From Candidatus Limnocylindria bacterium (lineage in GTDB: Bacteria; Chloroflexota; Limnocylindria; QHBO01), in NCBI GenBank assembly GCA_046261895.1, contig JBHENV010000116.1:1-46822 (forward strand): a stretch of DNA of 46,822 bases, read 5' to 3'. Both the position numbers and the translations under genes were made by a program. This document shows, piece after piece, positions 6,924 to 17,086 of this stretch. Within the stretch, counting starts at the first letter, position 1, and the number at the start of each line of letters is the position of its first letter. The notes beneath the pieces are model-generated. The model was not told where the DNA came from. It did no database searches and saw only the letters and a list, made by a program, of their open reading frames with translations.

Positions 6924-9002
6924 ATGAAGCCGACCAGCCCCGAGAAGATCCGGAACGTCGCTCTCATCTCCCACGGTGGCGCCGGCAAGACGAGCCTCGC
7001 CGAGGCGATGCTCTTCGATGCCGGCGCCATCTCGCGGCTCGGGACGGTCGAGGCCGGCACGACCGCCTTCGATTGGGATCCCGACGAGCACAAACGCAAC
7101 CAGAGTATCAACCTCGCCATCGGCTCGATCGAGCATGACGGGGTACGGATCACCATCGTCGACACGCCCGGCTACGCCGACTTCCAGGCCGATGTCGTGG
7201 AGGCCCTCGCCGCCGTCGACGCCGCGATCGTGGTCATCGACGCTTCGGCCGGCGTCGAGGTCGGAACGGAGGAGGTCTGGAAGCTTGCCGACGCGCGGAA
7301 TCTGCCGCGCATGATCTTCATCAACAAGATGGACCGCGAGAACGCCAACTACGACGCGACGCTGGACGCCCTGAAGGCGCGGTTCGGTCCCAAGATCGCG
7401 CCGGTCTATCTGCCGATCGGCTCCGCTGACTCGTTCCGCGGCTACGTCGACGTCATCGAGGAGCATGCCAACGTCTACGAGGACGGCACGCCAAAGGAGG
7501 CGCCGATCCCGCCCGAGCTGGAGGGGATCGAGCACTCGCGGCGGGATTCGCTCGTCGAGGCGGCGGCAGAGGCGAGCGACGAGCTGATGGAGAAGTACCT
7601 CGAGGGCGAGGCGTTCAGCGACGCCGAGATCGAGGCTGCCCTCCATAAGGGAACGCGCGAGGGCAGCGTGGTGCCGGTCTTCGTCGGCTCGGCGACCCGG
7701 AACATCGGCGTTCGCGAGCTGATCACCATGATCGCCAAGCACGTTCCGTCCCCGGCGGAGGTCGGCAGCCGCTCGACCGTCGACGGCACGCCGGTCGCAC
7801 CGGACCCGAACGGTCCGTTCGTGGCGCAGGTGTTCAAGGCCACCGCGGACCCGTTCGTCGGGCGGCTCACCTACTTCCGCGTGATCTCGGGGACCCTGAA
7901 CGGGCAGGGGCATGTCTACAACGCGTCGCGGAAGGAGGATGAGCGCATCGGCAACCTGCTCTCCGTGCAGGGCAAGGAGACCGATCCCCTGTCGAACATC
8001 GGTCCGGGAGATATCGCTGCCGTCGCCAAGCTCACCTCCACCTCCGCAGGCGACACGCTGGTGGCGGACAAGGCACATGCGGTCGAGCTGGCGCCGCTCG
8101 CCTTCCCGACACCGTCACTGCAGGTGGCCATCGAGCCGGAGTCGAAGGCCGATCTCGACAAGCTGGGTCAGGCTCTGCATCGGCTCGTCGAGGAGGAGCC
8201 GGCGATCCAGATCCGCCGCGAGGACGGCACCGGCGAAACGATTCTGACTGCGATGGGTGACGCGCACGTCGACGTCATCGTCGATCGCCTGAAGCGCAAG
8301 TTCGGTGCGTCGGTCAGGACCGCCACGCCCCGCGTCCCGTATCGAGAGACGATCCGGCAGGCCGCCCGCATCGACAATCGGTACAAGCGCCAGACCGGTG
8401 GGCACGGCCAATACGGGCACGTCGTGATCGAGTTCGCGCCAGCCGAGATGGGGACCGGCTTCGAGTTCGGCAACCGGATCGTGGGCGGCGTCGTGCCGAA
8501 GCAGTACATCCCCGCCGTGGAGAAGGGCCTCCGGGAGGCGATGGCCGAGGGTGTCCTGGCCGGCTATCCCGTGGTCGACCTCACCGCCACCCTGGTGGAT
8601 GGCTCGTACCATACCGTCGACAGCTCCGAGATGGCGTTCAAGGTCGCCGCATCGCAGGCGCTGAAGAAGGCGTTCGACGCGGCCTCACCGGCCCTTCTCG
8701 AGCCGATTCTCGAGGTCGACGTGGTCGTCCCCGACGAGTTCATGGGCGATGTGATGGGCCAGATCACGTCCAAGCGCGGACACGTGCTTGGCATGGACTC
8801 CGCCGACGGCCTCCAGCACCTCAAGGCGCAGGTCCCGCAGGCGGAGATGTTCCACTACGCCACCGAGCTGCGCTCGGTCACCCAGGGTCGCGGCCGCTTC
8901 AGCTGGAAGGTCGACCACTACGCGGAGGTGCCGCACAACATTGCCGACAAGGTGGTGGCCGAGGCAGCGAGCAATGGGCACGGCCCGGAGCGAGGCCACT
9001 GA
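6924..9002 (+). CDS. elongation factor G paralogue (EF-G-like / EF-G2 type translational GTPase)
   Basis: ATG 6924 with AAGGAG at 6913-6918. G1 is SHGGAGKTS, G3 is DTPGYADF, G4 is NKMD. EF-G domains II-V are recognisable (VFKATADPFVGRLTYFRV, RVPYRETI, GGHGQYGHV, EPILEV). 692 aa. Confidence 0.9.
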   Translation: MKPTSPEKIRNVALISHGGAGKTSLAEAMLFDAGAISRLGTVEAGTTAFDWDPDEHKRNQSINLAIGSIEHDGVRITIVDTPGYADFQADVVEALAAVDAAIVVIDASAGVEVGTEEVWKLADARNLPRMIFINKMDRENANYDATLDALKARFGPKIAPVYLPIGSADSFRGYVDVIEEHANVYEDGTPKEAPIPPELEGIEHSRRDSLVEAAAEASDELMEKYLEGEAFSDAEIEAALHKGTREGSVVPVFVGSATRNIGVRELITMIAKHVPSPAEVGSRSTVDGTPVAPDPNGPFVAQVFKATADPFVGRLTYFRVISGTLNGQGHVYNASRKEDERIGNLLSVQGKETDPLSNIGPGDIAAVAKLTSTSAGDTLVADKAHAVELAPLAFPTPSLQVAIEPESKADLDKLGQALHRLVEEEPAIQIRREDGTGETILTAMGDAHVDVIVDRLKRKFGASVRTATPRVPYRETIRQAARIDNRYKRQTGGHGQYGHVVIEFAPAEMGTGFEFGNRIVGGVVPKQYIPAVEKGLREAMAEGVLAGYPVVDLTATLVDGSYHTVDSSEMAFKVAASQALKKAFDAASPALLEPILEVDVVVPDEFMGDVMGQITSKRGHVLGMDSADGLQHLKAQVPQAEMFHYATELRSVTQGRGRFSWKVDHYAEVPHNIADKVVAEAASNGHGPERGH

Positions 9003-9099
9003 CCACCAGAAAGCGCGGTCGTTGGCAATTGGTTCGAACTACGCCGCAAACCAGTCTAGGCCGGCACTGATTGGTAAGCGGCAGGCGACAGTGACAGCG

Positions 9100-9345
9100 T
9101 CAGTCGCGGTAGGCCCACGGTTCGCCAGTCGCGCGCTTGCGGCCGAGCGTCCGCCGGTGAGCGATTCCCTCGGCGACGTAGGTGCCCAATGCCACCAGCG
9201 CGGCAACCCCGCTCACCAGCCACGGCGCCACCGACCACGGGCCGGAGGAACCGACGATCAGCGTGGCGATCCATATCAGGAGAGCCGTCAGTCCGGCGGC
9301 GGTGAATCCCGACGCGACCGCGCCAGTAAGGAAGGCGAGCACCAT
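9100..9345 (-). CDS. small membrane protein (81 aa), hypothetical
   Basis: Two to three hydrophobic helices (LTGAVASGFTAAGLTALLIWIATLIV, WLVSGVAALVALGTYV). Its ATG overlaps the tyrS stop (TGATG), suggesting coupling. Confidence 0.4.
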   Translation of the reverse strand: MVLAFLTGAVASGFTAAGLTALLIWIATLIVGSSGPWSVAPWLVSGVAALVALGTYVAEGIAHRRTLGRKRATGEPWAYRD

Positions 9346-10634
9346 CAGGCGATGACCTCGGCCACTGCGAGGTTGCGCTTCCCACGCCGCAGCAGGAGCC
9401 AGCGGCCGGCGAGCAGCTCCGAGCGGTCCGGGACCGCAGCCGGATCGGCAACACGCACGTTGTTCACGTAGCCGCCCCCGTCGCTGAGCACTCGGCGCGC
9501 GGCGCCGCGGCTCTCCGACAGGCCGGACTCGACGAACAGGTCGAGCACCGGCGGCAGGCCATTCCGGCTCGCAAGGGTCGCGCGCGGGAGGTCCGCGAAG
9601 GCGGCCTCGAGGGTCGCCGGGTCGATGCCATGCAGGCTGCCGCCGCCGAACAACGCCGCCGACGCCGCGATGGCCGCGCGCGTCGCGTCGGCGCCGTGGA
9701 CCAGTTCGGTCACCTCGGCTGCCAGCGCGCGCTGAGCGGCGCGCGCCTCCGGGCGTGAGGTCGCCTCAGCCTCGAGAGCCTCGATCTCCGCATGCGAGCG
9801 GAAGCTGAAGACGCGCAGGTAGGTGTCGACGACGGCGTCATCGGTATTGAGGAACCACTGGTAGAACGCGAACGGCGACGTGAGCTCGGGATCCAGCAAC
9901 AGAGTCGAACCGGTGCTCTTGCCGAACTTCTCCCCATCGGGCCGCGTAATGAGGGGCGTGGCGAGGGCATGCACCACCGACCCCTCGACGCGCCGGATCA
10001 GATCCACGCCGGCGGTCAGGTTGCCCCACTGGTCGCTGCCGCCGAGCTGGAGCGTGCACCCGTGCCGCCGAAACAGCTCGAGGAAGTCGACCGCCTGCAT
10101 GACCTGGTAGCTGAACTCGGTGTAGCTGATGCCACCCGTCTCCAGCCGAGCGCTGACAGCCTCCTTGGCAAGCATGCGGCTGACGCTGAAGTGCTTGCCG
10201 ATGTCCCGCAGCCAGTCGATGGCCGACATCTGTGCCGTCCAGTCCAGGTTGTTGACGATGATGGCCGCGTTGGTCCCCTCGAACGAGAGGTAGCGCTCCA
10301 CCTGCGAGCGGATGCGCTCCACCCAGCCGGCGATGACATCCGGATCATTGAGCGTGCGCTCGCTGCTGCGGCCGCTCGGATCGCCCACCAGGCCGGTGGC
10401 GCCTCCAACGAGGCCGATCGGCCGATGTCCGGCCAGTTGCAGGCGACGCATCGTGATCAGGAGCACGAGGTTGCCGAAGTGCAGGCTGGGCGCGGTCTGA
10501 TCGAACCCGCCGTAGAAGGTGAGCGATCCCGCGGCCATCGCCGAGCGCAGCGCCCCCAGATCGGTATGATCCGCGACCATCCCGCGCCATTCGAGATCAT
10601 CGACCACGGTGGTGCGCTCGGCATTCGTCTCCAT
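9345..10634 (-). CDS. tyrS: tyrosine--tRNA ligase
   Basis: 429 aa from ATG 10634: [60 protein letters not shown] (the KMSKS equivalent), and a C-terminal S4-like domain ([16 protein letters not shown]). Confidence 0.95.
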   Translation of the reverse strand: METNAERTTVVDDLEWRGMVADHTDLGALRSAMAAGSLTFYGGFDQTAPSLHFGNLVLLITMRRLQLAGHRPIGLVGGATGLVGDPSGRSSERTLNDPDVIAGWVERIRSQVERYLSFEGTNAAIIVNNLDWTAQMSAIDWLRDIGKHFSVSRMLAKEAVSARLETGGISYTEFSYQVMQAVDFLELFRRHGCTLQLGGSDQWGNLTAGVDLIRRVEGSVVHALATPLITRPDGEKFGKSTGSTLLLDPELTSPFAFYQWFLNTDDAVVDTYLRVFSFRSHAEIEALEAEATSRPEARAAQRALAAEVTELVHGADATRAAIAASAALFGGGSLHGIDPATLEAAFADLPRATLASRNGLPPVLDLFVESGLSESRGAARRVLSDGGGYVNNVRVADPAAVPDRSELLAGRWLLLRRGKRNLAVAEVIA

Positions 10635-10681
10635 CGGGCGATGAGTATACGCACCGGACATCCGTGCTACCCTGCCGCCCG

Positions 10682-13429
10682 ATGACCCGACGAGCACCGC
10701 CGCCGGGCCGGCGGCCCGCCCCCCGCCGTGGGTCCGCGAGCGTCAAGCGGCGCCGACCACCTGGCTCCACCGCCCTTCCGCGAATCATTCTGGCCGCGTT
10801 CGGGCTCGCGGCGATCGGCCTGTTCGCGCTCATTCTGAGCGTCTATGGCTCGTTCACCGGGGACCTGCCCGACGTGGCCGATATCGAGACCTTCGACCTC
10901 GTCGAGGGATCGAGCGTCGTCTCCGCCGACGGCACCGAGCTGGCGACGTTCGCGGTGGAGGACCGCCGTGAGATCAGCTTCGAGCAGATGCCGGAGCTGA
11001 TGGTCGAGGCGCAGGTCGCCGCAGAGGACCAGACCTTCTGGACCAACCCATGCGTCGACTTCCGCAGCATCGTTCGAGCCGTCCTTCAGAATTTCCAGGC
11101 CGGCGCGACGATCTCGGGCGCCTCGACCATCTGCCAGCAGCTGGTCCGCATGCGCCTGTTCGACGCGGAGTTCATGGCCGATTCGGATCGCCAGGTCGAG
11201 CGCAAGATCAAGGAGGCGATCCTGGCCCTGCGTCTCGACGACCGCTATCCCGGTACCGATGGCAAGCAGCGGATCATCGAGATGTACCTCAACCAGGTCT
11301 ACTACGGCAACAACGCTTATGGCATCTGGGCCGCGGCGAACGCCTACTTCGGCAAGGACCTGACCTCCGACGCACCCGAGCAGCAGCTCACGGTGAGCGA
11401 GGCGGCCCTGCTGGCCAGCCTGGTGCGGGCACCGTCTCGACTGGACCCGTCGACCCAGGCGGTCCAGCAGGAAATCGAGGGCGAGGTCGCGTACGTGGTG
11501 CCCGAGACGGCGGGCGCCATCAGCTCTCGCAACATCGTCCTCGACCAGATGCTGGAGTCGGAGTTCATCACCCGGCCTGAGTACGAGGCCGCGATCGCGG
11601 AGCAGGTCGTTCTGACCGCGCCCGATGACAATGCCTTTCGGGCGCCGCACTTCGTGTATGCCGTGCGCCGGGAGGCCGGCGAGCTGCTGGAGGGCGAGGA
11701 TCTGCTCGACACCGGGGGCCTTCGCATCGTCACCACCCTCGAGTACGAGGGCTACCAGACCGCCGCCGAGAAATGGGCCCAGGTCGCCTACGACATGGAC
11801 CGCATGGCCGAGGGCGAGCTCGTCGCGAAATACGGCGAAGGGGCGCTCGCCTGGATCGGCCAGCTCCAGGGACGCAACATCAACAACGATGCGATCGCGA
11901 CCGTGAACTATCGGACCGGCGCCGTGCTGGCCTACGTCGGAAGCGCCAGCTTCTTCGGCGAGTCGACGCCGGAGCACCAGGCGAACTTCGACGTGCTCGG
12001 CCAGGCGTACCGCCAGTCCGGCTCGGCCTTCAAGCCGATCACCTATGCCGCCGGCTTCGAGTCCGGGGTGATCACGCCATCCACGATGTTCATGGACGTC
12101 GAGGGCGACATCGTCGACGGCTACAGCGTCCCGAATGCCGACAACCGCGAGCGGGGTCCCGTTCGCGTGCGGGACGCGCTGAAGTACTCACTCAACATCC
12201 CGGTCACCAAGGCACAGCAGCTGATCGGCACCGACAACGTCGTGAACCTCGGCGAACGGCTCGGCCTCGAGTGGGATCCGCGGCAGGAGGAGGAGGTCGC
12301 CGTCCCGTCCCTCACGCTCGGCACCATCGGCGTCCACTTCCTGGACCTGGTGGGAGCCTACGGGGGGATCGCCAACGGCGGCCGATTCCAGCCTCCCTAC
12401 CTGATCGAGCGCATCGAGGACTCGTCAGGCACCGTGATCTACGACCACGCCACCGACGCCGACGAGCCCGAGCAGATCATCTCGGCCGCATCGGCGCACC
12501 TCGTCACCGACATCCTGGCGGACAACACCGATCCCGCCACCAATCCGCTGTGGGGGCCACGCTTCCAGCTCCAGACCGATGCCGGCCGCCGTCCGGCAAC
12601 GCTGAAGACCGGCACCACCAACGACTTCCGCGACCTCCAGGCGGTCGGCTACCTTGCTCCCGATCCAAATCCGGAGGTCACCGACGGCGCCATCGTGACC
12701 GGGGTCTGGGTCGGCAACAGCGACTTCTCGCAGATCGAGGACGTCTTCGCGGCCGATGGACCGACCTTCGTCTGGCACGACTACATGGCCGAGGTGGCGG
12801 CGCTCAACGACCTGCCGGTCCATGACTTCGAGCGCCCGGATGGGATCGCCGAGGTCACCGTCGACGCGATCAGCGGCATGCTGCCGAACGAGCTGACCGA
12901 AACGACCGTGACGGAGGTCTTCCGTGCGGATCGGCAACCGACGCAGGAGGATACGACGCATCGGGAGCTGCGCATCGAGGTCGAGACCGGCAGGATCTGG
13001 CAGGAGGGTTGCGGCGACTTCGCCACGGTGGCGCCCTCCGGCTCACCGGATCCATCGGCCGATCCGCCGCCACGCGAGCCCCAGGAACGGCTCTATCTCG
13101 ACCTCAACGGCTGGGAGGAAGACCGCCCGACGTGGGAGGAGGCGAATGCCGCCTGGATCGAGAGGTGGCGCGGGATCGAGCGAGAACTGAACTCGACTGT
13201 TCGATCGCCGTACCCCGGACCGATCGACGCGCCCCTCGCCCCCGCCGAGGAGTGCACGCCCGGTGAGATTCCGACCTCCTCGCCCACGCCGACACCGAGC
13301 CCGACGCCATCTCCCAGCCCGACACCGAGCCCGACCTCCTCGCCGACACCCAGCCCCGCCCCGACGCCCACGCCCACGCCGACCCCGACGCCGAGCTCGA
13401 CGCCGTCCCCGACGCCAGCGGCGCCCTAG
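10682..13429 (+). CDS. class A penicillin-binding protein (bifunctional glycosyltransferase GT51 / transpeptidase)
   Basis: GT51 motifs [19 protein letters not shown] and [11 protein letters not shown]. Transpeptidase motifs SGSAFKP (SxxK) and [10 protein letters not shown] (KTG). N-terminal TM anchor and a C-terminal Pro/Thr/Ser-rich tail. An alternative GTG start exists at 10664. Confidence 0.95.
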   Translation: MTRRAPPPGRRPAPRRGSASVKRRRPPGSTALPRIILAAFGLAAIGLFALILSVYGSFTGDLPDVADIETFDLVEGSSVVSADGTELATFAVEDRREISFEQMPELMVEAQVAAEDQTFWTNPCVDFRSIVRAVLQNFQAGATISGASTICQQLVRMRLFDAEFMADSDRQVERKIKEAILALRLDDRYPGTDGKQRIIEMYLNQVYYGNNAYGIWAAANAYFGKDLTSDAPEQQLTVSEAALLASLVRAPSRLDPSTQAVQQEIEGEVAYVVPETAGAISSRNIVLDQMLESEFITRPEYEAAIAEQVVLTAPDDNAFRAPHFVYAVRREAGELLEGEDLLDTGGLRIVTTLEYEGYQTAAEKWAQVAYDMDRMAEGELVAKYGEGALAWIGQLQGRNINNDAIATVNYRTGAVLAYVGSASFFGESTPEHQANFDVLGQAYRQSGSAFKPITYAAGFESGVITPSTMFMDVEGDIVDGYSVPNADNRERGPVRVRDALKYSLNIPVTKAQQLIGTDNVVNLGERLGLEWDPRQEEEVAVPSLTLGTIGVHFLDLVGAYGGIANGGRFQPPYLIERIEDSSGTVIYDHATDADEPEQIISAASAHLVTDILADNTDPATNPLWGPRFQLQTDAGRRPATLKTGTTNDFRDLQAVGYLAPDPNPEVTDGAIVTGVWVGNSDFSQIEDVFAADGPTFVWHDYMAEVAALNDLPVHDFERPDGIAEVTVDAISGMLPNELTETTVTEVFRADRQPTQEDTTHRELRIEVETGRIWQEGCGDFATVAPSGSPDPSADPPPREPQERLYLDLNGWEEDRPTWEEANAAWIERWRGIERELNSTVRSPYPGPIDAPLAPAEECTPGEIPTSSPTPTPSPTPSPSPTPSPTSSPTPSPAPTPTPTPTPTPSSTPSPTPAAP
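13270..13420 (+). repeat. low-complexity coding repeat encoding a (P-T/S)n tail of the PBP
   Basis: Translated tail: [49 protein letters not shown]. At the DNA level it is reiterated ccgac/ccgag/ccc units. Confidence 0.8.
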
Positions 13430-15843
13430 AGCTCGGCGACCGTCGCGCCGTCGCCGCCCTCGTCGCGTCGACCGCCGCGAACGTCGCGAACTCGGGGGTG
13501 CTCGGCCAGCACCTCGCGCACGGCACGGCGCAATGCCCCGGTCCCGATGCCGTGCACGATGACAACGTTGTCGAGCCCCGCGAGCAGCGCATCGTCGAGA
13601 TAGGCGTGGAGACGCTCGAGCGCCGCCTCGACCCGCTCCCCATGCAGGTCGAGCGTCGGCGACACTCGCGCGGCGGCGCGAAGGCGCATCTCCTCCGCCG
13701 CGAGGTCGCGCGGTGTCGGTCCGCTGATCGGCTCTGGCACCACGTCGACATCGTCGGCCGGGATGACGAGCCTCGCTCCGTCCGTCTCGAGCGTCACGCG
13801 TCCGGTGCGACCGCTGATCTCCAGGATCCGTCCGGTGCTGCCCAGGGTCCGCGAGCGGGCCCACAACCCGACGCGGGGCTGGGGAGTCCCCTTGTTGACC
13901 TCGTCGTCCTCGGGCTCGGTGACCGCCGGCGCCTCGGCCGTCTCGCTCCGCACCCGTCGGGCGCGCTTCGTCAGGTCCTCGAAGGCCTCGGTGCCACGCG
14001 GGGCCCTCCCGGCTCCGAGGTTCCGCTGGCGCGTCAGCTCGCGGCGGACGTCGGCCACCTCGCGCTCGGCGCGCGCGAGCATGTCGTCGGTCGCGCGTCG
14101 CGTGTCGGCCAGCAGCTCCCCCGCCTCACGCCGGGCGCGAGCAACGCCTGACCGGGCTCGCTCCCGCTCCTTGGCGGCCGCCGCGCGCTCGGCAACAGCG
14201 GCGTCGAGCGCAGCCTGCTGGGCCTCCTGTGCGCGGGCGATCGCCGCCAGCGTCTCCTCCATGCTCGCGTGCTCGGTCGAGATGCGGTCGCGGGCATCGG
14301 CCAGAATCTCTGTCGGCAGGCCAAGGCGCTCCGCGATGGCGAACGCCTGGCTCTTGCCCGGCAGTCCGATCGAGAGCCGATAGGTCGGCCGCAGGGTGGA
14401 TACGTCGAACTCGACCGATGCGTTCGTCACCGACGCGTGCTCGCTCGCGAACGCCTTCAGCTCCGAGTAGTGGGTGGTTGCCGCCACCATCGCCCCGGCA
14501 TCGAGCAGCGTGGTGACGATCGCCATGGCCAGGGCCGAGCCCTCGGTCGGATCGGTACCGGCGCCGACCTCGTCGAGCAGGACCAACGTGGCCGGGCCTG
14601 CGGCCTCGACGAATCGCACCACGTTGCGCAGGTGGCTCGAGAACGTGGAGAGCGACTGGGCGATGCTCTGCTCGTCGCCGATATCGGCCATGACGCGTCG
14701 GAAGATCGGCAGTCGCGCACCGTCCGACGCCGGCACGCGGAGTCCGGCCTGGTGCATGAGGGCGAGCAGCCCCAGCGTCTTCAGGGAAACGGTCTTGCCG
14801 CCGGTGTTCGGACCGGTAACCACGAGCGCGCGGTAGCCGAAGCGGTCGCCGAGCCGCAGGTCGATCGGCACCGCTCCACCGCCCAGCAACGGATGGCGCG
14901 CCGACAGCAACTCCGCCGCGTCCTCCGCGAGCGTCGGGCGCACGCCGCCCATGCGCGTGCCGAGACGCGCACGAGCCATCCAGAGGTCGGCGCCGGCCAA
15001 CGCCGCCAGGCTGTCGCGCAACGACTCGCTGCGCTCTTCGACGGAGGCCGACAGTTCGTCGAGGATACGCTCCTCTTCCCGCTTCTCGCCAAGCGTCGCC
15101 TCGGTCCAGGCGTTGTTGAGCTCCACCACCGTCAACGGCTCGATGAACAGCGTCGCGCCGGACGCGCTCTGGTCGTGGACGATTCCCTTGACGCGCCCCT
15201 TGGCCTCCGCGCGGATCGGGATCACGTAGCGGCCAGAGCGGACGGTGACGATCGGCTCGCCGATGAGCCCGGCCAGCTGCGTGGAACGCAGCATCGTGTT
15301 CAGCCGCTCGCGCACCCGGTCCTGCGACGTCCTCAGTCGCCTGCGGATGGCCGCCAGGTCGGACGAGGCGGAGTCCAGGATCTCGCCACTCTCGTCCACG
15401 CTTCGGCCGATCCGCTGCGCGAGCTCCGGCGCGGGATCCAGCTCGTCGCGCAGGCCGGCGAGGTGAGGTTCCCGCCAGCCGACCAGGCGGTCCCGGAAGC
15501 GAGTGGTGGCCTCGAGCGTGTCGGCGATCTCGAGCAGCTCGCCCGGCGTCAGACGGCCACCGCGCGCCGCTCGCTGGAGCGAGCCGCGGATGTCGCGCGC
15601 GCCACCGATGCTGGCCTGGGCCTGCTCGTCGAGCAGCTGCCCTGCCTCGTCGGTCTGGTCCTGCAGCAGGCGGACGAGGGACGGATCGGGACTGGGCTGC
15701 ATTGCCAGGGCGAGATCGCGGGATGGCTCGAACGAGGTCAGCTCGGCCAGCTGATCGACGATGGCGGCGAACTCGAGCGCTCTCAGGGTTCCCTCGTCGG
15801 CCGCGATGGGCGCGCGGTCAGCGGCGGGAGACGTGCGGGTCAT
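13426..15843 (-). CDS. mutS2: endonuclease MutS2 (MutS-family ATPase with C-terminal Smr domain)
   Basis: Walker A is [19 protein letters not shown], followed by STFSSHL and [14 protein letters not shown]-terminal Smr is [45 protein letters not shown]. Start chosen at ATG 15843 (MTRTSPAAD...TLRALEF). Confidence 0.95.
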   Translation of the reverse strand: MTRTSPAADRAPIAADEGTLRALEFAAIVDQLAELTSFEPSRDLALAMQPSPDPSLVRLLQDQTDEAGQLLDEQAQASIGGARDIRGSLQRAARGGRLTPGELLEIADTLEATTRFRDRLVGWREPHLAGLRDELDPAPELAQRIGRSVDESGEILDSASSDLAAIRRRLRTSQDRVRERLNTMLRSTQLAGLIGEPIVTVRSGRYVIPIRAEAKGRVKGIVHDQSASGATLFIEPLTVVELNNAWTEATLGEKREEERILDELSASVEERSESLRDSLAALAGADLWMARARLGTRMGGVRPTLAEDAAELLSARHPLLGGGAVPIDLRLGDRFGYRALVVTGPNTGGKTVSLKTLGLLALMHQAGLRVPASDGARLPIFRRVMADIGDEQSIAQSLSTFSSHLRNVVRFVEAAGPATLVLLDEVGAGTDPTEGSALAMAIVTTLLDAGAMVAATTHYSELKAFASEHASVTNASVEFDVSTLRPTYRLSIGLPGKSQAFAIAERLGLPTEILADARDRISTEHASMEETLAAIARAQEAQQAALDAAVAERAAAAKERERARSGVARARREAGELLADTRRATDDMLARAEREVADVRRELTRQRNLGAGRAPRGTEAFEDLTKRARRVRSETAEAPAVTEPEDDEVNKGTPQPRVGLWARSRTLGSTGRILEISGRTGRVTLETDGARLVIPADDVDVVPEPISGPTPRDLAAEEMRLRAAARVSPTLDLHGERVEAALERLHAYLDDALLAGLDNVVIVHGIGTGALRRAVREVLAEHPRVRDVRGGRRDEGGDGATVAEL

Positions 15844-16429
15844 CGCTGATCCAGAAGCGCATGGAGCGTGCCGCCCAGGGTCCCGCATAGTCGACGCCGA
15901 TGCGCGGCCCCATCGCGATCGATGGGGCCGGACCGGAACGAGGCTCGACCAGCATCCTGTCACCGGGCACCAGGTCGATCCCGTTCAGCGTGCGATCGAC
16001 GCCCAGCGCGCGCCCGACGTTCCCGGGCCCGGACGCCAGGCGCGTGTCGCTCGGCCGGGCGCCGCGCCTCGTCCGGGCAACATCCATCCCCTCGTCGATC
16101 TGGACCGCACGGACGAGGACCGCCTCCGGCTTGCCGCCCGGCCCGGCCACCACGTTCAGGCAGTGGTGGAGGCCATAGACGAGGTAGACGTACAGATGAC
16201 CGGGGCGTCCGAACATGACCGTGTTTCGGGCGGTCGGGCCACGTGACGAGTGCGCCGCCAGGTCCTCGGGGCCGGCGTAGGCCTCCACCTCGACGATCCG
16301 CCCGCCGACCGTTCCTTCCGGCGCACGGTGCACCAGGCGCGCTCCGATCAGGTCGCGGGCCAGGTCGAGCGACGGCCGGTCGAACCATGCCCGCGACAGG
16401 GTGGCAGACTCGGTGGTGCCGGAGATCAC
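15818..16429 (-). CDS. mpg: DNA-3-methyladenine glycosylase (Mpg/AAG family)
   Basis: 203 aa: FDRPSLDLARDLIGARLV...GRIVEVEAYAGPEDLAAHS.RG.TARN.VMFG.PGHLYVY..YG.H.CLNVV...AVLVRAV...GPGN. It overlaps the mutS2 start by 26 nt. Confidence 0.9.
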   Translation of the reverse strand: MISGTTESATLSRAWFDRPSLDLARDLIGARLVHRAPEGTVGGRIVEVEAYAGPEDLAAHSSRGPTARNTVMFGRPGHLYVYLVYGLHHCLNVVAGPGGKPEAVLVRAVQIDEGMDVARTRRGARPSDTRLASGPGNVGRALGVDRTLNGIDLVPGDRMLVEPRSGPAPSIAMGPRIGVDYAGPWAARSMRFWISDDPHVSRR

Positions 16430-16980
16430 GGGACGAGGAGGTCGGCGATCTCCTCCGGGACGAAGGGACGAGCCAGGAAGCCGGCGGTGGGAATCAGGGT
16501 CTCTCGGAAGAACTGGATGATGAGCGAGTCATTGAGGATCTCGTACCACGCCGCCACCCAGCCGCCGGTCTCGCCCCCGGCGCGGAAGAAGCTGTCGAAG
16601 ACGAGAAGCTGGAAGGTCAGCACCAGCGCGGCGAAGATGAGTCCGAAGATTGCGCCGCCGATCTCGTCGAGCTGGCGAAGGATCGGCAGCCGCGTTCGGT
16701 GGTAGAGCGCGCGAATCGCGAAGAAGCCGGCGATCACGAAGCCGAAGAAGAGGAGGACGAAGACGAGAAGCTCCCGGCCCTCCAACGTGAATGCGCGCCA
16801 GAAGCCGAACAGGTCGACGACGGGGCCCTTCAGCTGCGCAGCCAGGATGAACGCGACGATCACGGCAAGCGCGTTCAGGACGTATCGGATCATGCCATGG
16901 GTGAAGCCGGCAAAGACGCCCGCCGCCAGGATGCCGATGATCACCAGGTCGAACCAGCTCAGCCGCGCGAGCACCTCCAC
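16426..16980 (-). CDS. cvpA: CvpA family membrane protein
   Basis: GTG 16980 is preceded by ggaggagagg. Sequence: SWFDLVIIGILAAGVFAGFTHGMIRYVLNALAVIVAFILA..., with four hydrophobic helices. The ORF-track extension to 17310 overlaps pheT and is Arg/Ser-rich. Confidence 0.8.
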   Translation of the reverse strand: MEVLARLSWFDLVIIGILAAGVFAGFTHGMIRYVLNALAVIVAFILAAQLKGPVVDLFGFWRAFTLEGRELLVFVLLFFGFVIAGFFAIRALYHRTRLPILRQLDEIGGAIFGLIFAALVLTFQLLVFDSFFRAGGETGGWVAAWYEILNDSLIIQFFRETLIPTAGFLARPFVPEEIADLLVP

Positions 16981-17086
16981 GCTTGCCTCTCCTCCGTACG
17001 CCGTTGACGCCGAGCGCGGACGATTCCGGCTCGGGCGGCCGCAAGGGTACCAGCCGCCCGCGACGGGCGACAAGGCACCGATACTC

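Noticed and set aside
6300-8078. 592-aa minus-strand ORF antisense to the EF-G paralogue. Similar long ORFs occur at 10667-11977(-), 14269-15849(+), 18173-19579(+), 25875-27824(+), 28812-29876(-), 29755-30678(-), 32375-34420(+), 37103-38353(-) and 13043-13864(-).
   Set aside because: All are Arg/Gly/Pro/Asp-rich shadow frames, as expected opposite genuine genes in GC-rich DNA. Each overlaps a gene with clear family motifs, and none shows a recognisable motif of its own.
9020-9050. tRNA-like T-arm strings (ggttcgaac at about 9031, and gttcgaac at about 3563).
   Set aside because: There is no complementary acceptor, D or anticodon stem around either site. Both are isolated matches.
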